Shown in pieces: positions 27,495-36,544 of a stretch of DNA of 48,286 bases. The DNA lies in contig JANMRV010000232.1 of NCBI GenBank assembly GCA_031388685.1, positions 1 through 48,286 on the forward strand, read 5' to 3'. The notes below the pieces were generated by a model. That model saw nothing but the letters and a program-made list of their open reading frames with translations, did not search any database and was not told the DNA's origin. This DNA is from Planctomycetota bacterium. Lineage in GTDB: Bacteria > Planctomycetota > UBA1135 > GCA-002686595. Numbering within the stretch: the stretch's first letter is position 1; every line of letters begins with the position of its first letter. A program made the translations under genes and the position numbers.

Positions 27495-29302
27495 GAACAC
27501 AGCGCACCGCCCTGATCCTGTATGGGGTGCTGCTCGTGCTGCCGACGCTGGTGCTCGGCGGTTTGCAGTGGCGCCAATTGCTGCGCGATTACGACACGGA
27601 CCGCGTGGCGGTTCCGGAGATGGCCGAGGAGGCGTCCGGGCGATTTCGGGACGGAATTCTGAACCAGCTCGATCGCCTGATCGAGACCGAGGCTCGCCGG
27701 CCGTTCACCGCATATGGCGCCATGACGATCGCGTCCGACGCGACACTGGCGGAGAGCACTCCGATCACGTCGCCTCTCGTGGACGACGCGCGCCCGCAGG
27801 CGATCCTGACCTGGTTCGCCTTCGATTTGATGGAGCTGCGCGAGGCGCACATCGACTTGTGGGGCGGTGCCAACTCAGCCCCTGACAAGTTGGTCAAGAC
27901 CTACGAGCCGGCGTTGCATGAACTCCTGAACCGCTACCTCGACGAACAGCCGACCTTGCGCCTGTCGTCGCGCTGGGATGAGCCCGCGATCGTCGACGTT
28001 CCGTTGCTCTCGGTGGTGTTCAACCGCTTGCACAAGCGCGACCTCGACTGCCTGCAATTCGGACAAGATCGGCTCGCGCAACTCAAGGTCACGCTGGCGA
28101 TCACGCCTTTCCACCTGCAGTTCTTCATCGACAGCTCCGGCACCCCGCGTCTGGTGGCGACGCGCCGCGTGATCCTGGACAGTCAAGTGCCCGAGCTGCG
28201 CGATTTCGCGGCCTGCATGGACCCGCTGACCAGGGGCGTTTCGCTGGTGCAGGGTTTCCTGATCGATCCCGATTGGTTCTTCAGATCGCTGCCGGAGCAG
28301 CAGGCCAAGAACGTGCTCGACAAGTCGCAGCGCTTCGTGCCCTGGGGCGGGCCGCCGTGCTGCGGCGACAACCTCGAGTATCACGCCGATATCCACCTGC
28401 TCGAAGACCTCGCGATCGAAACCAGCGATCCGAGCGAACTGAGCTTCGCGCCCCTGCGCATCGCGGTGGACACCAGGGAGATCGACGCCCATTTCCAAGG
28501 CGTGAGGCTGCGCTTCCTCGGACTCGCCGCGATGCTGGCCGTTTCACTCGGCACGGGAATGTGGCTGCTCCTGCGCAGCGTGCGCCGGGACCTCGAGCAG
28601 GCGGCGCGCACCGAGAACTTCGTCGCGGCGGTGACCCACGAACTCAGAACGCCGCTGACCTCGATCAAGATGTACGGCGAGATGCTGCTCGACGGCGATG
28701 CCAGCGAGCCCGAGAAGCAGCGCGAGTACTACAAGCGCATCGTGCGCGCCACGGAACGTCTGGGCACGCTGATCGAGCGCGTGCTCGAAAAATCACGGCT
28801 CTCCGCGGGCAGCGCGCGAGCAGAACCCGGCGACCTCAACCACGTCATCTCCGGATTGGAGCGCCAGCTTTCGCAGTACGGCCCTGAGGGCGATCTGGTC
28901 TTCGAACTCGGTCCCGAGGTTCCCGACGTGTTGCTCACGCAGGAAGCCGTGGTCTCGATCGTCTCGAACCTGGTCGAAAACGCGCGCAAATACGCGCCCG
29001 TGGATCCAAGCCGGCCGGGAGCCGAGCCGATCCTGGTTCGCACAGAGGTCAAGGACGGCGAAATCTCCCTGGAAGTCCTGGACCGCGGCCCTGGCGTGCC
29101 CGAGGCCGAGCGCGAGAAGATTTTCGAAGCGTTTTATCGGGTCGGCAATGAGACGACGCGCACGGCGCGCGGGGCGGGTCTTGGACTGCATCTGGTGCTG
29201 CTCCAGGCGCGCTCGATCGGCGGCGACGGCGGTTACCGGCCGCGCGAGGGCGGCGGATCGGTCTTCTGGGTGCATTTCGCCCCCGCCGAGCCGCAATCCT
29301 GA
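27482..29302 (+). CDS. Sensor histidine kinase with a roughly 300-aa extracytoplasmic sensor domain
   Basis: This is the C-terminal part of track ORF 26630..29302; the upstream part overlaps the regulator out of frame. A likely TTG start at 27482 overlaps the regulator end by 13 nt, with an alternative GTG near 27527. TM1 is ALILYGVLLVLPTLVLGGL and TM2 is LGLAAMLAVSLGTGMWLLL. The H box is AAVTHELRTPLTSI, the N box NLVENARKYAP, G1 DRGPGVP and G2 GAGLGLHLV. Confidence 0.85.
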   Translation: MVQLRTQRTALILYGVLLVLPTLVLGGLQWRQLLRDYDTDRVAVPEMAEEASGRFRDGILNQLDRLIETEARRPFTAYGAMTIASDATLAESTPITSPLVDDARPQAILTWFAFDLMELREAHIDLWGGANSAPDKLVKTYEPALHELLNRYLDEQPTLRLSSRWDEPAIVDVPLLSVVFNRLHKRDLDCLQFGQDRLAQLKVTLAITPFHLQFFIDSSGTPRLVATRRVILDSQVPELRDFAACMDPLTRGVSLVQGFLIDPDWFFRSLPEQQAKNVLDKSQRFVPWGGPPCCGDNLEYHADIHLLEDLAIETSDPSELSFAPLRIAVDTREIDAHFQGVRLRFLGLAAMLAVSLGTGMWLLLRSVRRDLEQAARTENFVAAVTHELRTPLTSIKMYGEMLLDGDASEPEKQREYYKRIVRATERLGTLIERVLEKSRLSAGSARAEPGDLNHVISGLERQLSQYGPEGDLVFELGPEVPDVLLTQEAVVSIVSNLVENARKYAPVDPSRPGAEPILVRTEVKDGEISLEVLDRGPGVPEAEREKIFEAFYRVGNETTRTARGAGLGLHLVLLQARSIGGDGGYRPREGGGSVFWVHFAPAEPQS

Positions 29303-29416
29303 TCCAGCCGCCGCCGGCCGAAGGGGCCTAGAAATCGATCCCGCTCGACGCCGAGCTTGAGCCGCGAGGTGCGGCGGTCGATCCTAGGGGCCGCGCCGGA
29401 TCCCCTGGCGTCCCCC

Positions 29417-30817
29417 ATGCACGTCGTCATCCTCGGCGCAGGGCTCGCCGGCCTCTCGGCTGCCCACGAACTCACACGCGCGGGCCATCAAGTCACGCTG
29501 CTCGAGAAGCAGGACTACGTCGGCGGCATGGCCTCGAGCTGGCAGGTCGGTCCCTACTGGCTCGACCATGGACCGCACCGTTTCCATTCGCGCGACGCCG
29601 AGATGATCGCGCACCTGTACGAGATCCTCGACAACGACGTGGTGATCCGCGAACGGCTCTCGCGCATCTACTTGCGCGGGAAGTTCTTCGACTACCCGCT
29701 GCGCGCGAGCAACGTCCTGAACAATCTGCCTGCGACGTTGCTCGCCAAGGCGATCCTCGACTACATGTGGATCCGCGTCGTGCAGTGGTTCAAGCCGATC
29801 CCCGACACGCACTTCGAAAACTGGGTCCTGAAACGCTTCGGCCGCACGTTGTACGAGTTGTTCTTCGGCACGTACACGTCGAAGGCCTGGGGCATGCCGA
29901 CCACGGAGATTTCGGCCGACTGGGCGGCGCAGCGCATCAGTCAGGCGAATCTCTGGGACACGATGGTGAAAACCCTGCGGCCGCCGAAGAACGGCGAGGT
30001 GCGCAGCCTGGTGACGCAGTTCTGGTATCCCGGCCACGGCGGCATCGGGCAACTCTCGCGCAAGTACGCGGAGAAGATCAGCCGCCAGGGCGGCGAGATC
30101 TGGCTCGAGACCCCGGTCGAACGCATCGACATCGAAAATGGAAGAGCGCTGCGCGTGGTCTGTCAGCGCAATGGCGCGCGCGTCGAGCTCGCCTGCGATC
30201 AGGTGATCAGCACGATTCCGCTGCCGCGGCTGCTCGAAGCGCTGAACCCCGCCATCGACGAGTCCACGCGCGAAGCGATCGCGCGCCTGAAGTACATCGG
30301 GATCGTCTTCGTCTACCTCGAGGTCAATCGCCCCAGCGTGATCCCCGATCACTGGGTCTATCTGCCGCAAAAGGACCTGACGATCCACCGCATCACGGAG
30401 TTCAAGAACTTCAGCGACACTTCGGCGCCCGGCAACAGCACGGTGGTCTGCTGCGAAATCACCTGTCGGCCCGGCGACGAACGCTGGAAGTCCACGCTGA
30501 GCGAGGCTGCGCGCATCGCCGAAGCCGACCTGGTGAAAATCGGAGTCGTGAAGCCCGGCGAAACGCGCGGCATCGACATCGCCAAGCTGCCCTACGCCTA
30601 TCCGGTCTACGACTTGCAGTACAAAGCGAACCTCGAAGTGCTGCGGCGTGCCACGGCCGCCGTCTCGAACCTCGGCACGACCGGTCGCCAAGGCCTGTAC
30701 CGCTACAACAACATGGACCACTCGATCGCGATGGGACGCAAGTTCGCCGCGCAGGTCGCGAGCGGCGTGGACCTCGGCGCTGGCGCCGTGGCCGCGCAAA
30801 GCGAGTACTTCGGTTGA
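29417..30817 (+). CDS. FAD/NAD(P)-binding oxidoreductase of the UDP-galactopyranose mutase / amine-oxidase fold
   Basis: ORF 29357..30817, with preferred ATG at 29417 (MHVVILGAGLAGLSAAHEL...LLEKQDYVGGM, a Rossmann GxGxxG-E motif). The UGM-like segment is LYELFFGTYTSKAWGMPTTEISADWAAQRI. Confidence 0.8.
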   Translation: MHVVILGAGLAGLSAAHELTRAGHQVTLLEKQDYVGGMASSWQVGPYWLDHGPHRFHSRDAEMIAHLYEILDNDVVIRERLSRIYLRGKFFDYPLRASNVLNNLPATLLAKAILDYMWIRVVQWFKPIPDTHFENWVLKRFGRTLYELFFGTYTSKAWGMPTTEISADWAAQRISQANLWDTMVKTLRPPKNGEVRSLVTQFWYPGHGGIGQLSRKYAEKISRQGGEIWLETPVERIDIENGRALRVVCQRNGARVELACDQVISTIPLPRLLEALNPAIDESTREAIARLKYIGIVFVYLEVNRPSVIPDHWVYLPQKDLTIHRITEFKNFSDTSAPGNSTVVCCEITCRPGDERWKSTLSEAARIAEADLVKIGVVKPGETRGIDIAKLPYAYPVYDLQYKANLEVLRRATAAVSNLGTTGRQGLYRYNNMDHSIAMGRKFAAQVASGVDLGAGAVAAQSEYFG

Positions 30818-31734
30818 GCGTCGCGGCAGGAGTGCCGGCGGCGAACTCGATCGACCCCGCCTGCGCCCTGTGCGGATCGCGCGAGCGGCGCGTGCTCTTT
30901 CGCGACGGTGCGCACACGCTTGTGCGTTGTGCAAGTTGCGAGCTCGTCTACGTCACGCCGCGGCGCGCAGCGGCCGAGTTGATCCGCGAGGTCTACGACG
31001 CAAGTTATTGGGCCTCGCCGGCGGCGCGCGAACGCGGTTACAGCGACTACGCCGCTGACGAGGAGTTGTATCTGCGCACCTTCCGGCGACGTTTCGACGG
31101 ACTGGCACAGCTGCTGCCGCGCTCCGGCAAGGCGCTCGAAGTCGGTTGCGCAGCCGGCTTCTCGATGCAAGTGCTCTCCGAGCGAGGCTTCGAAGTTTTC
31201 GGTATCGAACCGTCGGCCGCGATTCGCGCACTCGCACAGCAGCGCTTCGGCAAGGATCGCATCCACGCCGGCACGCTCGACGACGCGCCCTTCGCGGCCG
31301 GGTCCTTCGACCTGATCGTGATGTGGGACGTGCTCGAACACCTGCCTGATCCGCTTTGCGCGCTGCGCAAGGCGCGCGAACTCTTGACGCCGTCAGGCCG
31401 GCTGGTGCTCGAGACCCAGAACGTCGAGGCCTTCGCAGCACGCATGCTCGGGAAGCGCTGGACGCACTTCAAGCACGACGAACATCTGGTGCACTTCTCG
31501 CCGGCGACGCTGCGCAAAGCCCTGGAGCTGTCAGGCTTCGAGCTCGTGTCCTTGAGCTCGCGCGGCGCGGGTAAACTCGTTTCGCCGCGTTTCATCGCCG
31601 AGCGCGCGCGCCGCGTGGCGCCGTGGCTCGCCTGGTGTTTCGCGCCGCTCGCCAGACTTCCGATCGACGGCGTCTACGTGAATCCACTCGACGAAATGAT
31701 CGCCGTGGCGCGCGCCAAGGGCGCCGCAAACTGA
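30814..31734 (+). CDS. Class I SAM-dependent methyltransferase with N-terminal CxxC..CxxC zinc ribbon
   Basis: This is the C-terminal part of track ORF 29767..31734. The start is either TTG at 30814 (TTGA overlap with the previous stop) or GTG at 30832. The zinc ribbon is CALCGSRER...RCASCELVYV. SAM motifs are LEVGCAAGF, IVMWDVLEHLPDP and LTPSGRLVLE. Confidence 0.8.
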   Translation: MSVAAGVPAANSIDPACALCGSRERRVLFRDGAHTLVRCASCELVYVTPRRAAAELIREVYDASYWASPAARERGYSDYAADEELYLRTFRRRFDGLAQLLPRSGKALEVGCAAGFSMQVLSERGFEVFGIEPSAAIRALAQQRFGKDRIHAGTLDDAPFAAGSFDLIVMWDVLEHLPDPLCALRKARELLTPSGRLVLETQNVEAFAARMLGKRWTHFKHDEHLVHFSPATLRKALELSGFELVSLSSRGAGKLVSPRFIAERARRVAPWLAWCFAPLARLPIDGVYVNPLDEMIAVARAKGAAN

Positions 31735-31736
31735 GC

Positions 31737-32504
31737 GTGCGTCGCGAAGCCTTCGAACAGTTCGCGAGCCTGGACCGGGACCACTGGTGGTTCCGCGGCC
31801 GGCGCGCGGTTTACCTGGGCCTGCTCGATCGCGTGCTCGAGGGCAAGCTGCCGGCGCGCGCGCTCGATCTCGGCTGCGGGCCGGGTGGCTTTTTGCCCGG
31901 CCTCGTTTCGCGCTGCGCGAGCGTGATTGCCGCCGACACTGACTTGGAATCCCTGAGCGCACTCGCGACGCAAGACTCGCCCGCGCCAAGCGCCGCGCGT
32001 GTGGCGAGCGCCGCGGAAAAATTGCCGTTTCGAGCGTGGAGCTTCGAGCTGGTCTGCCTCTTCGACGTGCTCGAACACCTCGATTCGGATGTCGAGGCCC
32101 TGCGCGAGGTACACCGCGTGCTCGCTCCCGGCGGACTCGTCGCGATCAGCGTGCCGGCCTATCCCTGGCTGTTCGCCAACAACGATGTGGTGGCCATGCA
32201 CCGCCGGCGCTACACGCGCGCGATGCTCGCCGCGGCGCTCGACGCCGCCGGATTCGAAATCGTGCGCAACACGCACGCGAACGTGCTGCTCACGCCGCTG
32301 ATCGTTCCGCTGGCGCTGCTCGGCAAGGCGATCGAAGCGACGATCCTGCGCAAGAGAACCTCGCGGCACACGAATTTGAGCTGGCCCTTGCCGCGCTTCG
32401 CGCACAGCGCGCTGGCGAAGATTTTTGCCGCCGAGTTGCTGTTCACGAAGCGCTTCGACGCGCCCTTCGGTCACTCGATCGCCGCATTCGCGCGGCGCAA
32501 GTGA
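31737..32504 (+). CDS. Class I SAM-dependent methyltransferase, HWWF-type (paralog 2)
   Basis: Within ORF 31623..32504. The GTG at 31737 lies 2 nt after the previous stop. The protein has VRREAFEQFASLDRDHWWFRGRR, LDLGCGPGG, LFDVLEHLDSD and LAPGGLVAISVP. It is colinear with 25796..26551. Confidence 0.8.
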   Translation: MRREAFEQFASLDRDHWWFRGRRAVYLGLLDRVLEGKLPARALDLGCGPGGFLPGLVSRCASVIAADTDLESLSALATQDSPAPSAARVASAAEKLPFRAWSFELVCLFDVLEHLDSDVEALREVHRVLAPGGLVAISVPAYPWLFANNDVVAMHRRRYTRAMLAAALDAAGFEIVRNTHANVLLTPLIVPLALLGKAIEATILRKRTSRHTNLSWPLPRFAHSALAKIFAAELLFTKRFDAPFGHSIAAFARRK

Positions 32505-34364
32505 TCAGGCATCCGGCAAGGGCACTTCCTTCGAGCCGCGCACGCGCAGCTTGTAGCGTTCGCCGAGCGCTTTGATCGAAAGGTTCGCCTCGACGAAAGC
32601 CTCGAAGTTCTTGCGGGCGAGCGCCTCCTGGATCGAGGCCACATCGCCGGGAGTCAGTTTCGCTGCCGGAGGTTCGCGCTGGCCGAGTGCGCGCACCAGG
32701 TAGCTGTGCGTGCGCGTGCGATCCTGCTGGACCGCGGACACGGCATCGGCGGGCAGGTTGCGCAAGAATCCGTTGAAGCGGATGAATTCGTGCGTGGACT
32801 TCGACGCGTCGGGTTCGTTGTTCTGCTCCGTCGACGTCATCCAATCGCGCCGTTCGACGCTGAGTCCCTGGGCCTCGGCCGCGGCCTTGAACGCCGCTTC
32901 ATCGGCTTTCGGACTTTGGTCGGCCGCGCCCGCTTCGGGCTTCGGAAAGCTGTCGCGGATCAGCGTCAGCTTCGCCACGGCAAGTTCCTGCGACTTCTGC
33001 TTCAGCCATTCGGCGGTCGCCTTCTCGGCAACTTTTTCGAAAGGCGGCGCCGCGTTCTGGTTCTTCTCCAGCACGCGCGGGAACGTGATCCCCGTGAGAT
33101 CGATGGCGACATCGGCGCCGAAATCGTCCTTCTGCGTCCCCGAGATCGAGCGCGCCATGAACGGGCCGCCGAAGTCCGCCAATCCCGTCCACTCCGCGTC
33201 GGTCTTCGCGCCGTCGCTGGCGCGATAGGACAGGCCCATGGCGCCGGCTTCCGCCGCGAGGTCGATGGTCTCGCCCGCCGTCTTGCGCGCCTTGAGGTCC
33301 GCCACCCAGGCGCGGAAGGCGTTGACGACCAGCGCTTCCTGCCTGGCGATCGCGCTGACTTCCTCGTAGGAGCTGATCAGGCGGTCCTTGCCTTCGGATT
33401 CGGGCAAGCCCTCGGGCAGCGGCGTCGCGCGCACGAAGCGCACGCTGGAGTACTGGTTGTAGTAGTCCTTGGCGATCTGCTCTGCGTCCTTGTCCGCGGC
33501 CAGCGGAAACTTCGCCAGCAATCCGGCCGCCGTGTTGTCGGCGCCGAAGCGATAGGCGATCAACTCCGCGGCATTCGACGCGGGCAGGAAGTCCGCCATG
33601 AACTGCGCGCGCTTGTCGGGGATTGCGTCGTACCAGGCCTTCAAGCCGGCTTCGTCGAGTTGTGCCGCCTTGGCCTCGGCATCGAAGCGCGCGTGGTCGA
33701 CTTCGATCAGGTCGAAGGCGTACTGCGGATGCTGCTTCTTCCACTCGCCCTCGATCAGGCTCGCATCGGCGACCAGGGTCGCGCCGCGCAGGAATCCCTG
33801 GTAGCGCTCGATGCGCAGCTTGCGCTTGAGCACGCTTTCGAACACGGGCGCCGAGACGCGCGAGTTGGTCAGGATCGTCTTGTAGAACTCGATGCTCTGA
33901 AAGGCGGGACAGATGCCGGGGAAGCCCGAAATCACGGCGCGCTTGAGGTCTTCGGTCGAGACTTCGATCCCGGAGCGCTGGGCGAGTTCGTCGATGAGCA
34001 GTTCGCTGGCCAGTTCATCGTCCTCGAAGCGGCTGGCCTGCTGGCCGAAGACGCTGCGGAATTCGTCCTCGCGACGCTTCTCGTCCATGAATTCGTAGGC
34101 CGTCCAGGTCTTCTTGCCGACCAGCGGGCCATCCCAGGTCACGTCGTCGCTGCTCGACGATGAGGGCCCGCCGACCGAACTCATCAGCTGATCGCCGACC
34201 GTGAAGAGCACCAGGGTGAGGATCGTCAGGCCGAGCAGGATGAGGAAGCGCAGCTTGCTCGCGCCCTTCGGGACGAGAATCACGTCATCGTCGTGAGCGG
34301 CCTCAGGACGGGTCGCTTCGGGGCCGTGTTGCTCAGGACCGGGATGCTTGGCTTTGTTGGACAT
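32505..34364 (-). CDS. Membrane-anchored PpiD/SurA-N-domain-like periplasmic chaperone
   Basis: Within track ORF 32505..35027; the upstream part overlaps scpB out of frame. From the ATG at 34364 the protein starts MSNKAKHPG... and has one TM, LRFLILLGLTILTLVLFTV. The rest is a long soluble region with SurA_N/PpiD-like character (ELLIDELAQRSGIEVSTEDLKRAVIS). I saw no clear parvulin motif. Confidence 0.5.
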   Translation of the reverse strand: MSNKAKHPGPEQHGPEATRPEAAHDDDVILVPKGASKLRFLILLGLTILTLVLFTVGDQLMSSVGGPSSSSSDDVTWDGPLVGKKTWTAYEFMDEKRREDEFRSVFGQQASRFEDDELASELLIDELAQRSGIEVSTEDLKRAVISGFPGICPAFQSIEFYKTILTNSRVSAPVFESVLKRKLRIERYQGFLRGATLVADASLIEGEWKKQHPQYAFDLIEVDHARFDAEAKAAQLDEAGLKAWYDAIPDKRAQFMADFLPASNAAELIAYRFGADNTAAGLLAKFPLAADKDAEQIAKDYYNQYSSVRFVRATPLPEGLPESEGKDRLISSYEEVSAIARQEALVVNAFRAWVADLKARKTAGETIDLAAEAGAMGLSYRASDGAKTDAEWTGLADFGGPFMARSISGTQKDDFGADVAIDLTGITFPRVLEKNQNAAPPFEKVAEKATAEWLKQKSQELAVAKLTLIRDSFPKPEAGAADQSPKADEAAFKAAAEAQGLSVERRDWMTSTEQNNEPDASKSTHEFIRFNGFLRNLPADAVSAVQQDRTRTHSYLVRALGQREPPAAKLTPGDVASIQEALARKNFEAFVEANLSIKALGERYKLRVRGSKEVPLPDA

Positions 34365-34498
34365 GCTGCTGTGCCGCCCCCCTGGGGCGGATCGCGACAA
34401 CGAACCCGAAGGAAGGCCTCCGGGGTGTCGCTGGGGGCGAAGAGTGTAGGTGCGCCTGCGGCTTGACCGCAACCGTGGAAGCCGCGCAGCCGCCTGGA

Positions 34499-35194
34499 TC
34501 AGGAATCTCGGACGAGTTCCGCGTCGCGCGGCAGGTCCGCGAGATCCGCCAGACCGAAGGTGTCGAGGAATTTGCGCGTGGTGCAGTAGAGCAGCGCATG
34601 CCCGGGATCGTCGGATCGTCCCGCCACCTTGACCAGTCCGCGATCGACGAGTGCGCGCAGGATCGGACCGGCCTGAACGCCGCGAACGGCCTCGATTTCG
34701 GCCTTGGTGACCGGTTGACGGTAGGCAACGACCGCCAGGGTCTCCAGCGCGGCCGGGCTGACCTTGTCCTCGCGGCGAGCCTTGGAGAAGCCCGCCACGA
34801 CGTCGGCCATGTCGGGAGCGGAAAAGATCTGCCAGCCGCCGGCAATGGCGACCAGCTGGAAGGGCAGGCCAGAATTCACCAGGCGCTGCGAGACGCAATC
34901 GATGGCGGCGGCGACGTGGGCCGGGGTCGTGTGCCCCAGGCCGTCCGCGATGCGCGCATTGGAAAGCGGTTCCGAGGAGGCAAAAAGGATCGCGGCGACA
35001 GCGCGCTCGAGCTGCTCCTCGGACCAATGCGAAAGCGCCTGCGCCACTTCGGCGGCCTTTTCCGCATGGACTTCGCGGCCCGCGACCTGCGCGGATTCGA
35101 GGTTGTCTCCCGCTTCGCCCAGGGGCTCGGCCGTGGGCTCGACCGTGGCGATTTCCTCGCTGGTCTCCAGGCTCGAATCGAGTTCGCTGCGCAT
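34499..35194 (-). CDS. scpB: Segregation and condensation protein B
   Basis: Motifs AAILFASSEPLS...IADGL, VAIAGGWQIFS, ALETLAVVAYRQPVTKAEIEAVRGV..GPILRALVDRGLVKVAGR.DDPGHALLYCTT.KFLD.FGL. No scpA is adjacent. Confidence 0.9.
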   Translation of the reverse strand: MRSELDSSLETSEEIATVEPTAEPLGEAGDNLESAQVAGREVHAEKAAEVAQALSHWSEEQLERAVAAILFASSEPLSNARIADGLGHTTPAHVAAAIDCVSQRLVNSGLPFQLVAIAGGWQIFSAPDMADVVAGFSKARREDKVSPAALETLAVVAYRQPVTKAEIEAVRGVQAGPILRALVDRGLVKVAGRSDDPGHALLYCTTRKFLDTFGLADLADLPRDAELVRDS

Positions 35195-35344
35195 GATGAA
35201 AAGAGCTTCGCGCAGCGCCGTCGCGGGGTCAAGGATTCATCCAGCGGGCCGCTCCAATGCTTGCGATTCCAAGGCCCGAGGTCTGCGTCGCGATACGATC
35301 CTGGCCCCGCCCGCCTCCAAAGAGCCCCGAACCGACCCACCCTC

Positions 35345-36205
35345 ATGCGCACGATCCAATTTCTACTCACCGGCCTCGCGCTCGCCTGCCTGCCCGCGCT
35401 GGCCTTCGCACGCCCCCAACTCAAGCTGCCTCAGGCGAGCCCCGCCGCTTCCTTGAGCCAGGCGATCGGCCCGGCGACGGTCTCGATCGAGTACCACCGC
35501 CCCGCCGTCCGCAACCGAACGATCTGGGGTGGTCTCGTGCCCTACAGCGAAGTCTGGCGCACGGGCGCCAACGAGGCGACGAAGCTGCAGTTCAGCGACG
35601 CCGTGCGCATCGACGGACACGAGGTTCCCGCCGGCACCTACTCGTTCTTCGCCATCCCGACGGCGACCTCGTGGACGCTGATCCTGAACAAGAAGGCCGC
35701 GCAGTGGGGCGCATTCAGTTACGCGGCAGCCGACGATCAACTGCGCTTCGAAGTCAAGCCGAGCGCGATCCCCGAGCAGGAGTGGCTGCGATATTCGATC
35801 GAGGCGAAGACGGACACTGCAGCGGTCGTTCAGCTCGCCTGGGAAAAGCTCGCTGTCGAATTCACGATCGAAGTCGACTCTGAGCAGATCCTGATTGCGC
35901 GCATCGACGATGCCATCGCGAAGGCGAAGCCCGACGATGCCGCCGTCTACCTGACCTCGGCGAAGTACTACTACGAACACGGGCTCGCGCCGGAGAAGGC
36001 CATGCTCTGGATCGACAAGTCGATCGCGATCAAAGATGGATTCCAGGCGCGCGAATGCAAGGCGCGACTCGCAGATCGCCTGGGCCGCAAAGCAGAAGCC
36101 GTGGCGCAAGTCGAAAAAGCGATCGAACTCGCCAGCGCTGCCAAGGCACGTCCGCAGTTCCTCGACGCGCTCGGCAAGTTGCTCGCCGACTACAAGGCGA
36201 AGTGA
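35345..36205 (+). CDS. DUF2911 domain protein with signal peptide and C-terminal TPR-like helical region
   Basis: Within track ORF 34463..36205. From the ATG at 35345 the protein starts MRTIQFLLTGLALACLPALAFA. The DUF2911 pattern is VSIEYHRPAVRNRTIWGGLVPYSEVWRTGANEATKLQFSDAVRIDGHEVPAGTYSFFAIP...WTLILNK. Confidence 0.8.
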   Translation: MRTIQFLLTGLALACLPALAFARPQLKLPQASPAASLSQAIGPATVSIEYHRPAVRNRTIWGGLVPYSEVWRTGANEATKLQFSDAVRIDGHEVPAGTYSFFAIPTATSWTLILNKKAAQWGAFSYAAADDQLRFEVKPSAIPEQEWLRYSIEAKTDTAAVVQLAWEKLAVEFTIEVDSEQILIARIDDAIAKAKPDDAAVYLTSAKYYYEHGLAPEKAMLWIDKSIAIKDGFQARECKARLADRLGRKAEAVAQVEKAIELASAAKARPQFLDALGKLLADYKAK

Positions 36206-36232
36206 AACGCGCGCCGCAGCGCGAAGCAAAAC

Positions 36233-36475
36233 CTACCGGGCGAGGATCTTGCGCTGATTGGCGAGGATCGTCGCCTGGTTTTTTTTGATCGTCGCCTGGT
36301 TGGCGAGGATGCGATCCAGCTTCTTCTGGTTCGCGCGGATGGTCGCCTGGTTGGCGAGGATGGCTTTCTGATTGGTGAGGACGGCTGCCAGGGACGCGGG
36401 CGATGAACTGCTCTTCATGGCCGTAGTCTGCGAAAACTCCTGCGGGCCGGGAAGCACCCGCTCGAGTAGCCGCAT
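36233..36475 (-). CDS. Small (61-80 aa) heptad-repeat protein made of (L/I)ANQ(A/K)xI units; function unknown
   Basis: The sequence is ...AVLTNQKAILANQATIRANQKKLDRILANQATIKKNQATILANQRKILAR. The start is ATG 36475 (GGAAG upstream) or ATG 36418. There is no signal peptide. Coding is supported only by the repeat periodicity being in frame. Confidence 0.5.
   Translation of the reverse strand: MRLLERVLPGPQEFSQTTAMKSSSSPASLAAVLTNQKAILANQATIRANQKKLDRILANQATIKKNQATILANQRKILAR
36266..36362. repeat. In-frame 21-nt-periodic direct repeats plus a T8/A8 homopolymer inside the small heptad-repeat ORF
   Basis: GATCGTCGCCTGGTT occurs at 36266-36280 and again at 36287-36301, an offset of 21 nt. GTCGCCTGGTTGGCGAGGATG occurs at 36291-36311 and 36342-36362, an offset of 51 nt. 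A T8 run lies at 36279-36286. Confidence 0.75.
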
Positions 36476-36544
36476 GACTTCCGGAGCCCACGCCGAAATC
36501 CATCGGCCGATTCCGAAAGCGGCTCACAGCACGCAGCCGGGCTC

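Noticed and set aside
29384-30934. 516-aa minus-strand ORF
   Set aside because: It is antisense to the flavoprotein gene, whose Rossmann GxGxxG and UGM-like motifs identify the plus frame as coding.
32502-32507. Abutting convergent stop codons forming the palindrome TGATCA, with no intergenic terminator
   Set aside because: This is probably a coincidence of compact gene packing. There is no supporting structure in the flanks.
36206-36232. Short hairpin CGCGC-n6-GCGCG between the convergent DUF2911 and heptad-repeat genes
   Set aside because: The stem is only 5 bp and the T tracts are weak on both strands. It is too weak to call a terminator.
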